Source: Candidatus Undinarchaeota archaeon
Lineage (GTDB): Archaea > SpSt-1190
Length of the DNA stretch: 14,750 nt
Direction: 5' to 3'
NCBI GenBank assembly: GCA_964449215.1
Contig: CAYVAH010000010.1
Coordinates: 1 to 14,750 of the forward strand
Shown here piece after piece: positions 6,523-14,475 of this stretch. Each line of letters starts with the position of its first letter. Position 1 is the first letter of the stretch. The notes beneath the pieces are model-generated. The model saw nothing but the letters and a program-made list of their open reading frames with translations. It did not search any database and had not been told where the DNA came from. The translations under genes were made by a program, and so were the position numbers.

Positions 6523-9060
6523 GTGGTTCTCGAGACTGATCTGGAGCGCGGACTGAGCAACAACGAGGCAAAGCTCCGTCTCGAAAAATACGGTCCAAAT
6601 GAGGTGGTGGAGCGGGAGCGGGTGTCTGCCCTGCGCCTGCTGCTCGGCCAGTTCGAGGACCCCATAGTTCTGATATTCATAGCCTCCGCTGCCATGTCCG
6701 CTTTCCTCGGTGAGGTTCTCGACTTTGCCGTGATAAGCGCAATAACGCTTTTCATAGTCCTTCTCGGTTTCTTTCAGGAATACAAGGCTGAAGAAGCTCT
6801 TGAAAAGCTCAAGGCTTTGATAGTGCCGACAGCCAAGGTTCTGAGAAGCGGGAAGTTACGGGAGCTGCCAATCGAGGTTCTGGTTCCGGGGGATATAGTG
6901 GTGCTTGAACCGGGGGATATGGTGCCTGCCGATTGCAGGATTGTGAAGGCAAACAACTTTGCGGTGGACGAGTCCATGCTCACCGGGGAAAGCCAGTCGG
7001 TGCACAAGAAGGAAGGAGACGAGGTTTACAGGGGCACAATAGCTGTCCGGGGAAATGCCAAGGTCGAGGTTGTTGCCACCGGTTCCGACACAAAGTTCGG
7101 GAAGATAGCCGAGCTTCTTGAAGGCGAGACGGAGAGCAGCATACAGAAGAAAGCAGAGCAGCTGGCTTCCATAATAACTAGGCTCGTGATTTACGCCAGC
7201 GTTTTGATTGCTGCTGTGGGATTTTTTCAGGGGGCATCCATCACGTCCATAGTGTCTGTGGCGATAGCGACAGCTATTGCGGGGATACCCGAAGCGCTGC
7301 CACTCACGACCACCATAGTCCTGGCCATTGGAGTTTACAGGATGGTTAAAAAAAGGGCCATAGTGAGGAGGCTCTCTGCCGTGGAGGAGCTTGGCACCGT
7401 CACGGTGATTTGCACCGATAAGACGGGAACCCTGACCAAGAACGAAATGACCGTGGAGCGCATCTTTGTGGGGGGGAAGGATTTTGAGGTGACCGGCAAG
7501 GGCTACTCCGATGAGGGCAGAATACTCCACGAGGGCAAGGAAGTGTCTGATCCCGAGCTGGAGCGGCTTTTGGTGTCAGCCACCCTCTGCAGCAATGCCG
7601 ACCTCATAGAAAAGGAGCGCGGGTATGATGTGGTCGGGGACCCGACTGAAATTGCCCTGCTGGTGGCTGCCCGGAAGTACGGGTTGAATGAAGATATAGT
7701 CCGCAACAGGTACCCGAGGGTGGCGGAGCAGCCTTTCTCTTCCGAGAAGAAGTTCATGGTAACGGAGCACCGGAACGGGGGGCGCTTCCGTGTTTTGAAA
7801 GGGGCGCCGGAGGTGGTGTTCGGCAAATGTGCCAGGGTTCTGGTGGCGGGCAAGCACCAGAAATTTGCCCGTAAGTGGAAGGGCATCTACAGGCGGAAGG
7901 TTGAGGAGATGGCGCGGGAAGGGCTGCGTGTCATAGCTGTGGCCGTCTCGCGCGGAAAGGACTGGTCGCTCCTTGGGCTCTTTGGAATGGAGGACCCCCC
8001 CAGACCCGGTGTGGAAAAGGCTGTCAGGCTTGCGCACCAGGCAGGCATAAAGGTCTATATGGTCACGGGAGATAACCCCATAACCGCCGAGTCCATTGGC
8101 AAGAAGATTGGGCTGGATGGTGGTGTGGTCGTTGGAAAGGACATAAGGGGGCTCGATGACAAGGAACTCCTGGGTGTGCTTGACAGGGTCAGGATACTTG
8201 CGCGGATCGACCCTGAAGACAAGCTGCGGATAGTGCGATTGCTCCGGAAGCGGGGCGAGGTTGTTGCCATGACCGGGGACGGGGTGAATGATGCCCCGGC
8301 TTTGAAGGAGGCGGATGTGGGTGTGGCAATGGGCGAGCGGGGCACCGAGGTTGCCAAGGGTGCTTCAGATGTGGTGCTGGCAGATGATAATTTTGTCACA
8401 ATAGTGAATGCCATTGAGATGGGGCGTGGCATATATGAAAATATCCGAAAATTCACGGCCTTCCTGCTGAGCTGGAATATTGGCGTTACGGCGATGATAC
8501 TGCTGAGTGTGGCCCTCTTCGGCATGGGAGAGGTGATTCTTCTCCCATTACAGATACTTCTGCTTAACGTGGTTCTGGAGGACCTGCCTGCCATAGCGCT
8601 GGGCCTTGACCCCATATCCAGGGGCGTGATGAGCCGACCTCCCCGCGACCCTTCACAGCCCTTCATAACCGGGGATATGTGGTTCGCCATCCTGGGACTG
8701 GGTGGCTATATGGCGCTGGTCAGCACTGCGGTTTTCCTTTTCAACGCCGCTCACCTCCCAACGGCACGCACCGTGGCTTTCCTGACTTTTGCGGCCTTTG
8801 TGGTGTTCAATGCCCTGAATTTCCGCTCCCTCGAGCTATCGACATTCAGAACGGCCCTCCGGAAGAATTTCCTGCTTTTGCTGGCGGTTCTGGCCTCCAC
8901 GGCAATAACCCTGCTCTCCATCTACACTCCCGCTGGTGTTGATGTGTTCAAATTTGAGCCTGTTTGCGCCACGAACTGGTTTGTTGCGCTCGGGCTCGCT
9001 TCGACCATACTGGTGGCAGGGGAGCTTCTAAAACGCAGCATTTATCGTAGCAAAGCATAA
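6523..9060 (+). CDS. Cation-translocating P-type ATPase, type IIA (Ca2+-ATPase-like)
   Basis: GLS..EA..RL..YGPNE, QEYKAE, VPADCR, DESMLTGES, IPEALP, ICTDKTGTLT (phosphorylation site), GDPTE, KGAPE, TGDN, MTGDGVNDAPALK; multi-TM C-terminal region. Confidence 0.95.
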   Translation: MVLETDLERGLSNNEAKLRLEKYGPNEVVERERVSALRLLLGQFEDPIVLIFIASAAMSAFLGEVLDFAVISAITLFIVLLGFFQEYKAEEALEKLKALIVPTAKVLRSGKLRELPIEVLVPGDIVVLEPGDMVPADCRIVKANNFAVDESMLTGESQSVHKKEGDEVYRGTIAVRGNAKVEVVATGSDTKFGKIAELLEGETESSIQKKAEQLASIITRLVIYASVLIAAVGFFQGASITSIVSVAIATAIAGIPEALPLTTTIVLAIGVYRMVKKRAIVRRLSAVEELGTVTVICTDKTGTLTKNEMTVERIFVGGKDFEVTGKGYSDEGRILHEGKEVSDPELERLLVSATLCSNADLIEKERGYDVVGDPTEIALLVAARKYGLNEDIVRNRYPRVAEQPFSSEKKFMVTEHRNGGRFRVLKGAPEVVFGKCARVLVAGKHQKFARKWKGIYRRKVEEMAREGLRVIAVAVSRGKDWSLLGLFGMEDPPRPGVEKAVRLAHQAGIKVYMVTGDNPITAESIGKKIGLDGGVVVGKDIRGLDDKELLGVLDRVRILARIDPEDKLRIVRLLRKRGEVVAMTGDGVNDAPALKEADVGVAMGERGTEVAKGASDVVLADDNFVTIVNAIEMGRGIYENIRKFTAFLLSWNIGVTAMILLSVALFGMGEVILLPLQILLLNVVLEDLPAIALGLDPISRGVMSRPPRDPSQPFITGDMWFAILGLGGYMALVSTAVFLFNAAHLPTARTVAFLTFAAFVVFNALNFRSLELSTFRTALRKNFLLLLAVLASTAITLLSIYTPAGVDVFKFEPVCATNWFVALGLASTILVAGELLKRSIYRSKA

Positions 9061-9085
9061 TTATCAGGGAGGGCGTTTTTATAGT

Positions 9086-11287
9086 ATGAAACTCCAGGTC
9101 TTTCTGGCACTGTTTTTGTTGACGGTATCCGCGTTTGCTGATGAAGCCAACGTGGTGGGCCCCGGCGTCACCGGGGAAGCCAAGAGTGGGATGATTACTG
9201 TCACGTCCGGCATGGCGGGTGAAGTTGATGTGGTGGCTCCCGAGGAGGTTCCACCCGAAGAACTTATTGTTCAGGAACCTCCGCCTGAAGAGATTGCCCC
9301 TCCCGGGGGTGAAGTGGTCACCGCTGGTGAGAATCAATATGGCTCCTGCGAAATTGAAAAAGAAGTTGAGGGAGACTTGATTACTGTTACTGCTACTTGT
9401 GAGCTTTCCTTGCCAACCCCCTGCCACACCGTAAATTATGGCTGGGTTCCCGGGAAGGACGAAGGGGAGTTCGTGTTTTCGGTTCAGATAAAGGAGAGGC
9501 CCGGTGTGTGTGCAGAGGTGCTCCAAAGGACGACTGTTGAAAACAGCATGACTTTCAATTACAGGGAGGGAATGAAGTTTGACTACAAGATAAATTACAT
9601 TCCCGTTGCGAGGGTCTCTCCTGTTCCAGTGCCAGTCTCAACCGAAGTGGTTGGTGGGGTCGATGAGAGGTGTGAGAGAGCCAAAGCGGCACTTCTCAGT
9701 GCCATTGAAAGGCTGGAAGCCCAGATAGGGATGGCCGAGCAGCGGGGTGACTCCCTGGAGCTCGGCAAGTTGAAGCGGTTGCTCCTTGAGAAGAAGCATG
9801 AGCTTGAGAACCTTGAGTGCGCCCGGAATGTGGTGCAGAAAGAACTCCCGCCTGCGGCAATTTGTGTGAAGGAGCGCCTGGAGCTGGAGAGCGATTTGAG
9901 GCGTCTGTACCTCGCCTTGCATAAAGCCAAGGAAGAAGGGGATGAGGAGACTGCCGGAATTCTTGAGGATAAGATAAAGGCTATCAAGGAACAGCTGGAA
10001 GAGCTCCCCACGGTGGTCAGGTGTGCCCAGGCTACCGGTGAGCTCCGGGCTGAAACCACTGTTACCACGGCAAGGGAGGAGAAGCTCCAGGAATATGCCG
10101 CCCGCCTCAGGAAGTTTGACCTGGCGGTGAGGCTTTTCAATCCGTGCGACAAGGTTTCTCATATAGATGAGGAAATAAAGGAACTTGAGCAGGAGCTGGA
10201 GCTTTCTACGGGTGAGGAGGCGGAGGCCATAAAGGAAAAGATAGGTGCTCTGGTGGATGTCAAGGATGCAATGATGGAGGCCTGCACTGAGCTCAAGGAA
10301 AACAGCGTCTGCGGGGATGCTCTGCGGCTCAGGGCGATGCTTGAAAGGTTGAAGGACAGTGTTGAGTCCGGTGAGATCAGTGCGGTTCGGGCCAGGATGC
10401 AGGCCAAGGAACTGCTGGAAAAGTTTGATCACGTTGAAAAGCTCTGTCTGAACAATGTAAAGACCATGATGGACAGCCACCCGTGCATGGCCGCGCGCGC
10501 TCTGGAGGTCCAGCTTGACAGGCTCTCCGCTGCTGGAAAAGCCACCGATGTGCTGGGTGACCTCTACGAGAAGGTGGAGGAATACAGGGAAGCCTGCCTG
10601 GAGGGAGGGAACTTCACCAGGGTCAGGGAGAGGGTCAGGGAAGAGATGGGGGGACCCGGGCCTGTGAGTGAAAGGGCCAGCGATGTTGCCAAGCTTGTTG
10701 GCGAGCTGGAACTGAGGAAGCACCTGGTGCTGATGGATGAAAGCCTTTCCAGTGAAGAAAAGACCCAGAAGATCGGGGAGCTGGAGAGAGAGAAGCTTTC
10801 ACTGATAAAGGAGGCGGTGTCCAGGCTGAAGAGGGCGAAGATTTCAGGTGCTCTGAGGGTTCGCTTTGCCCCGAGGAAGATGGAAATTGAAGGCGAGGGG
10901 ATAGATACGGATGCAACCCTCGAACTTCCGACCACTGGTAATGACACCATAGAGGTCAGTGTTGGTGACCAGGAAGTGGAGCTGAAGGCAAAGAAGGCGA
11001 GGGTCAGGGCCAGGCTGCAGCTGGACTTCGAGAACGGGATGCTGAAGGTCCGTGGCAAGGCAATAAAGCTCCCGGACGAAGTGATGGAGCGGATAAGGGC
11101 AGAGATGGGCGATGTGGAGCTGAAGGAAGAGGAAGGGCGCCCTGTCTATGAGGGCAACGCCACGAAGGAGTTCAGGCTCTTTGCCATACTCCCGATAAAG
11201 GCCAAGGTGAGGTTCAGGGCGGATGCCGAAGCCGGACACCTTCTGGAAATGGAGAAGCCTTGGTGGACTGTCCTGGCCGTCGAGTGA
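9086..11287 (+). CDS. Secreted/surface hypothetical protein: acidic Pro-rich N-terminus, PTPC…CAEV beta domain, coiled-coil hairpins, C-terminal 'LFAILPI…EAG…KPWW' domain
   Basis: 733-aa ORF; signal peptide MKLQVFLALFLLTVSAFA-DE; E/K-rich heptads bracketed by Cys pairs; PepSY-like C-terminal motif ending KPWWTVLAVE. Confidence 0.8.
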   Translation: MKLQVFLALFLLTVSAFADEANVVGPGVTGEAKSGMITVTSGMAGEVDVVAPEEVPPEELIVQEPPPEEIAPPGGEVVTAGENQYGSCEIEKEVEGDLITVTATCELSLPTPCHTVNYGWVPGKDEGEFVFSVQIKERPGVCAEVLQRTTVENSMTFNYREGMKFDYKINYIPVARVSPVPVPVSTEVVGGVDERCERAKAALLSAIERLEAQIGMAEQRGDSLELGKLKRLLLEKKHELENLECARNVVQKELPPAAICVKERLELESDLRRLYLALHKAKEEGDEETAGILEDKIKAIKEQLEELPTVVRCAQATGELRAETTVTTAREEKLQEYAARLRKFDLAVRLFNPCDKVSHIDEEIKELEQELELSTGEEAEAIKEKIGALVDVKDAMMEACTELKENSVCGDALRLRAMLERLKDSVESGEISAVRARMQAKELLEKFDHVEKLCLNNVKTMMDSHPCMAARALEVQLDRLSAAGKATDVLGDLYEKVEEYREACLEGGNFTRVRERVREEMGGPGPVSERASDVAKLVGELELRKHLVLMDESLSSEEKTQKIGELEREKLSLIKEAVSRLKRAKISGALRVRFAPRKMEIEGEGIDTDATLELPTTGNDTIEVSVGDQEVELKAKKARVRARLQLDFENGMLKVRGKAIKLPDEVMERIRAEMGDVELKEEEGRPVYEGNATKEFRLFAILPIKAKVRFRADAEAGHLLEMEKPWWTVLAVE

Positions 11288-11327
11288 CGGTCGGGAATCT
11301 TTTTATTCCGTTTTCTTGATTCTGTTG

Positions 11328-12257
11328 GTGATTGAGGAGTTCGAGAAGAAGGGCTACAGGTTCCACGGGACTGGTGCTGTTGAGATATGCAGGTGGACCA
11401 AGAATGCCCTGCTTGGTCGGGGGGTTTGCTACAAGCAGAAATTCTACGGCGTGCCTGCGCACAGGTGTATGGAGTTCTCACCCTCGGCACTCTGGTGCAA
11501 CAACAACTGTGTGTATTGCTGGAGGCCCGAGGAGCTGATGGTCCCTGCCCGGGGTGTGAGATGGACGGATCCTGTGGAGATGGTCGAAGCTCTGGTGAGA
11601 AAGCGGCGCTCTCTTCTGACGGGTTTTAAGGGAAACCCCCGGGCTGACAAGCGGCTGCTGGAGGAAGCCATGGAGCCCTCACACTTCGCCATAAGCCTGA
11701 GTGGTGAACCTACCGCCTACCCCCATCTATCGGAACTCATAGCCTACCTGAAATCCCGTCCGGGGCATTTCTCCACCTTCCTGGTCACGAATGGACAGTA
11801 TCCCTTTACCCTGGAGTCCCTTAAGGTGCTCCCGACGCAGCTGTATCTGAGTCTCACCGCCCCGAATCCCGACCTTTATCGCCGTGTGTCGGTCCCCACG
11901 GAAAAGGACGCCTGGGAGCGCCTGCTCCACAGCTGCGACTTCCTCGCCCGCGCGGACACCAGAACGGTTGCCCGCATCACTCCGATAAAGGGATTGAACA
12001 TGACGGATGTGGAAGGCTGGCGTGCCCTTGTGGAGCGGTGCAATTCCCATTTTGTCGAGTTCAAAGGCTACTCCTGGATAGGTTTCAGCCAGCACAGGTT
12101 GAAGCTCGAGAATGTGCCTTCGCTGGAGGAGGTCAGGGAATTCGCCACCCGTGTCATGTCCGGGCTTCCCTTCAGCTATATGGACGAGGATAAGAAGAGC
12201 AGGGTTGTTGTGTTCAAGAATCAGAGGCGGGAGGCGGAAAGAGTTATAAAACAGTAA
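11328..12257 (+). CDS. taw1: 4-demethylwyosine synthase TYW1/Taw1 (radical SAM tRNA-modifying enzyme)
   Basis: Auxiliary-cluster cysteines and the Schiff-base Lys (ICRW…CYKQKFYG…HRC), CNNNCVYCWRP radical SAM motif, HFAISLSGEPT, TFLVTNG, PTQLYLSL, FVEFKGY. Start placed at GTG 11328 (TTG 11325 is an alternative), with a TTTTTAT box at 11300-11306. Confidence 0.95.
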   Translation: MIEEFEKKGYRFHGTGAVEICRWTKNALLGRGVCYKQKFYGVPAHRCMEFSPSALWCNNNCVYCWRPEELMVPARGVRWTDPVEMVEALVRKRRSLLTGFKGNPRADKRLLEEAMEPSHFAISLSGEPTAYPHLSELIAYLKSRPGHFSTFLVTNGQYPFTLESLKVLPTQLYLSLTAPNPDLYRRVSVPTEKDAWERLLHSCDFLARADTRTVARITPIKGLNMTDVEGWRALVERCNSHFVEFKGYSWIGFSQHRLKLENVPSLEEVREFATRVMSGLPFSYMDEDKKSRVVVFKNQRREAERVIKQ

Positions 12258-12273
12258 TATGGTGTATTACTGT
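12244..12273 (+). promoter_or_regulatory. TATA-like box plus a perfect 9-bp inverted repeat over the manC start
   Basis: TTATAAAA at 12244-12251; ACAGTAATA-tggtg-TATTACTGT at 12251-12273 covers the taw1 stop and part of the manC GTG. Confidence 0.45.
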
Positions 12274-13630
12274 GCCCAAAGCAATAGTCCTTGTGGGGGG
12301 TGTGGGCTCGAGGCTCTGGCCGTTGAGCAGGGAAGCCTACCCCAAGCAGTTTGTGAAGCTCTTCAATGGCAGGAGCCTTTTTCAGAAAACCGTGGAAAGG
12401 CTTGAGCCAGTATTTGGCATGGAGAACATCCTTTTCTCCGCAGCTGCTAAATACCGGTTCATAATTCAGAATCAGTTGAAGGAGATGGGGGTCGAGGCCA
12501 GCAAGGAGCAGGTGGTGGTTGAACCCGAGGGGAAAGACACGCTTCCCGCAATTCTCCTGACGGTCCGCTATGGAGGGAAGGGAGAATACAGTGTTTTTCC
12601 AAGCGACCACCTGATCGCTGATCAAGACCGGTTCAGGGAAAGCCTGAAAGCTTCCTGGGAGCTGACCAACCGCTATCTTGTTTCTCTTGGCATAGTCCCT
12701 TCTCACCCTCATACGGGTTACGGGTATATCAAGCCGGGGAGGCCTGTGGGGAGGGGCTTTGAGGTTGAAAGGTTTGAAGAGAAGCCCAGTCGTGAGAAAG
12801 CGGAGCGATATGTCAGGGACGGATACTTCTGGAATGGAGGGATAGTTTCGTTCAGGTCCAGGAACCTGCTGAAGGAAGTGAAAAAGCACTCGCCGGAGCA
12901 CCTTTCCGTGTATGAGGACGGGGAAACCGCCTACAGGTGTGTGGATGGGATCTGTATCTCGAGGGGTGTGTTCGAAAGGACTTCGCGTGCCGCGGTGGTT
13001 CCCCTGAACTCCTACTGGAATGACCTTGGGAGCTTCTCGGCGTTTTTTGAGGTCATGAAGGATAACGGGAACAATCTGGTTACGAATACGGAGGTTCTTG
13101 ATATGGGAGCCAGGGAAAGTCTTGTGTTGAGCGAGGAGGAAAAGCTCGTGGGTCTGGTTGATGTTTCGGACCTTGTGGTGGTGGATACCCGTGATGCCCT
13201 GCTCATAGGTTCGAAGGACAGCTGCCAGAAGGTGAAGGAGCTGTTCAGGTTCCTGCAGAAAAGAGGGGACCAGAGGGCAAAGCAGCACACCACTGTCTAT
13301 CGCCCCTGGGGGTTTTTCACCTTTCTTGAAGATGGTGGAAAATACAAGGTGAAAAAGGTCGTGCTGTATCCCGGTAAGAGGATGACACGTCACTGTCACT
13401 ACAACAGGAGTGAGCACTGGGTTGTTGCCAAGGGGACCGCGCAGGTGGAACTGGACGGCAAAAGTTTCATTATAGGTTCCGGAGAGTCCACCTACGTTCC
13501 CCGTGGCGCACCCCACAAAATAGCGAATCCCGGGAAGATTCCGCTGGAGCTTCTTGAGGTTCAGATCGGAGATTACCTCTCGGAGGATGACGTGGAGCGG
13601 GTAGGGGAGGATGGTGTGGAGGAACTATAA
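12272..13630 (+). CDS. manC: Bifunctional mannose-1-phosphate guanylyltransferase / mannose-6-phosphate isomerase (type II PMI-GMP)
   Basis: GGVGSRLWPLSREAYPKQF, EPEGKDT, FPSDHLI, TGYGYI, FEEKP, YFWNGG, WNDLGS, DTRDALL; C-terminal cupin YRPWG…HYNRSEHWVV…H.I.NPG…LEVQIGDYLSEDD. Confidence 0.95.
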   Translation: MPKAIVLVGGVGSRLWPLSREAYPKQFVKLFNGRSLFQKTVERLEPVFGMENILFSAAAKYRFIIQNQLKEMGVEASKEQVVVEPEGKDTLPAILLTVRYGGKGEYSVFPSDHLIADQDRFRESLKASWELTNRYLVSLGIVPSHPHTGYGYIKPGRPVGRGFEVERFEEKPSREKAERYVRDGYFWNGGIVSFRSRNLLKEVKKHSPEHLSVYEDGETAYRCVDGICISRGVFERTSRAAVVPLNSYWNDLGSFSAFFEVMKDNGNNLVTNTEVLDMGARESLVLSEEEKLVGLVDVSDLVVVDTRDALLIGSKDSCQKVKELFRFLQKRGDQRAKQHTTVYRPWGFFTFLEDGGKYKVKKVVLYPGKRMTRHCHYNRSEHWVVAKGTAQVELDGKSFIIGSGESTYVPRGAPHKIANPGKIPLELLEVQIGDYLSEDDVERVGEDGVEEL

Positions 13631-14239
13631 ACTCTTCAGCACCATCTTCGCGAACACATGCGGCGGCACGGCCCCTTCGAAGCTCTGCCCGTCGTTTATT
13701 ACAACCTTGGGAACGGACATGACCCCGTACTTGCGGGAGAGCTCGGGGAACTCCATGGCTTCAATCATTGTGCTGGTTATGTTCTTGTTTTCTATGGCGA
13801 ACTGATGGGCCGTGGCGACTGCTGATGGGCAGTATGGGCACATCGGCGTCACGAAGACCTTGAGGTCCACTGGCTTGTTTATGCCTGCCACGAGTTTCTT
13901 CACTTCGGCGGTCAGCCCGGTTTCTCCGTTGGAGACCATGGCTATTGTGTCTATGAATGTCCGGAACTCATGTCCGCTGGGGAGTCCGGCGAACCGCACC
14001 CTTGGATTTTCCTCAAATACCACCATGGGTGCCCCATTGACTCCAAGCTTTTTTGCTTCGGGGGACTTGACGTCAAGGACCCGAAGTTCAAGCTTTCCCA
14101 GCTCTGTCAGTTCCTCAAGAAGTTCCTTCTCTGCCGGGCAGAACTCACACCCATCCGCAGTGAAGAAGAAGAGAGTGAGCTTTTTTTTCATATCCTCAAG
14201 CAACTTTCTGATTATTCCCTTCTGTTTTTCCTCGAGCAT
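13625..14239 (-). CDS. pdo: Protein disulfide oxidoreductase (PDO, two thioredoxin folds; archaeal glutaredoxin-like)
   Basis: Two CxxC motifs (CEFC, CPYC), RFAGLPSGHEF, VFVTPMCPYCP, YGVMSVPKVVIN, FEGAVP. Confidence 0.93.
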   Translation of the reverse strand: MLEEKQKGIIRKLLEDMKKKLTLFFFTADGCEFCPAEKELLEELTELGKLELRVLDVKSPEAKKLGVNGAPMVVFEENPRVRFAGLPSGHEFRTFIDTIAMVSNGETGLTAEVKKLVAGINKPVDLKVFVTPMCPYCPSAVATAHQFAIENKNITSTMIEAMEFPELSRKYGVMSVPKVVINDGQSFEGAVPPHVFAKMVLKSL

Positions 14240-14248
14240 GGACTTAGC

Positions 14249-14277
14249 ACAGTTAAGAATTTATAACTCTTGACTGT
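14249..14277. promoter_or_regulatory. Bidirectional TATA box flanked by an imperfect inverted repeat
   Basis: ACAGTTAAGA-atttataac-TCTTGACTGT (9/10 arm match); the central TTATAA (14261-14266) is ~21-27 nt from both ATG 14239 (-) and ATG 14287 (+). Confidence 0.6.
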
Positions 14278-14286
14278 AAGGTTTTT

Positions 14287-14475
14287 ATGAAGGTCAGTGT
14301 TTCGGAGGAATGCATAGGTTGCGGTGCCTGTGTTGCCGTGGCCCCGGACATTTTTGAGCTCAACATGGAGACCATGAAGAGTCATGTGAAGAAGCAGCCA
14401 AGGGGGAGTGAGGAGGAGGAACTGGCCAAGCAGGCTTCCGAGGCCTGTCCCGTGGGGGCCATAAAGCTCAAATGA
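14287..14475 (+). CDS. fdx: Monocluster [4Fe-4S] ferredoxin
   Basis: 62 aa with CIGCGACVAVAPDIF…ACPVGAI (CxxCxxC…CP). Confidence 0.93.
   Translation: MKVSVSEECIGCGACVAVAPDIFELNMETMKSHVKKQPRGSEEEELAKQASEACPVGAIKLK

Noticed and set aside
9236..9310. Short APEEVPPEE / EPPPEEIAPP repeat
   Set aside because: It is a low-complexity acidic Pro-rich linker within a CDS, not a DNA repeat element.
9595..11239. Several long minus-strand ORFs (361, 185, 164 and 131 aa)
   Set aside because: They are antisense to the E/K/L-rich 733-aa gene, and their S/L/F/Q-rich composition is typical of shadow frames.
11223..11327. N-terminal extension of TYW1 in the ORF track
   Set aside because: It overlaps the upstream gene and crosses the T-rich promoter-like spacer; TYW1 similarity starts near GTG 11328.
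12221..13516. 431-aa minus-strand ORF
   Set aside because: It is the antisense shadow of manC and shows no motifs; long antisense frames are expected from codon bias.
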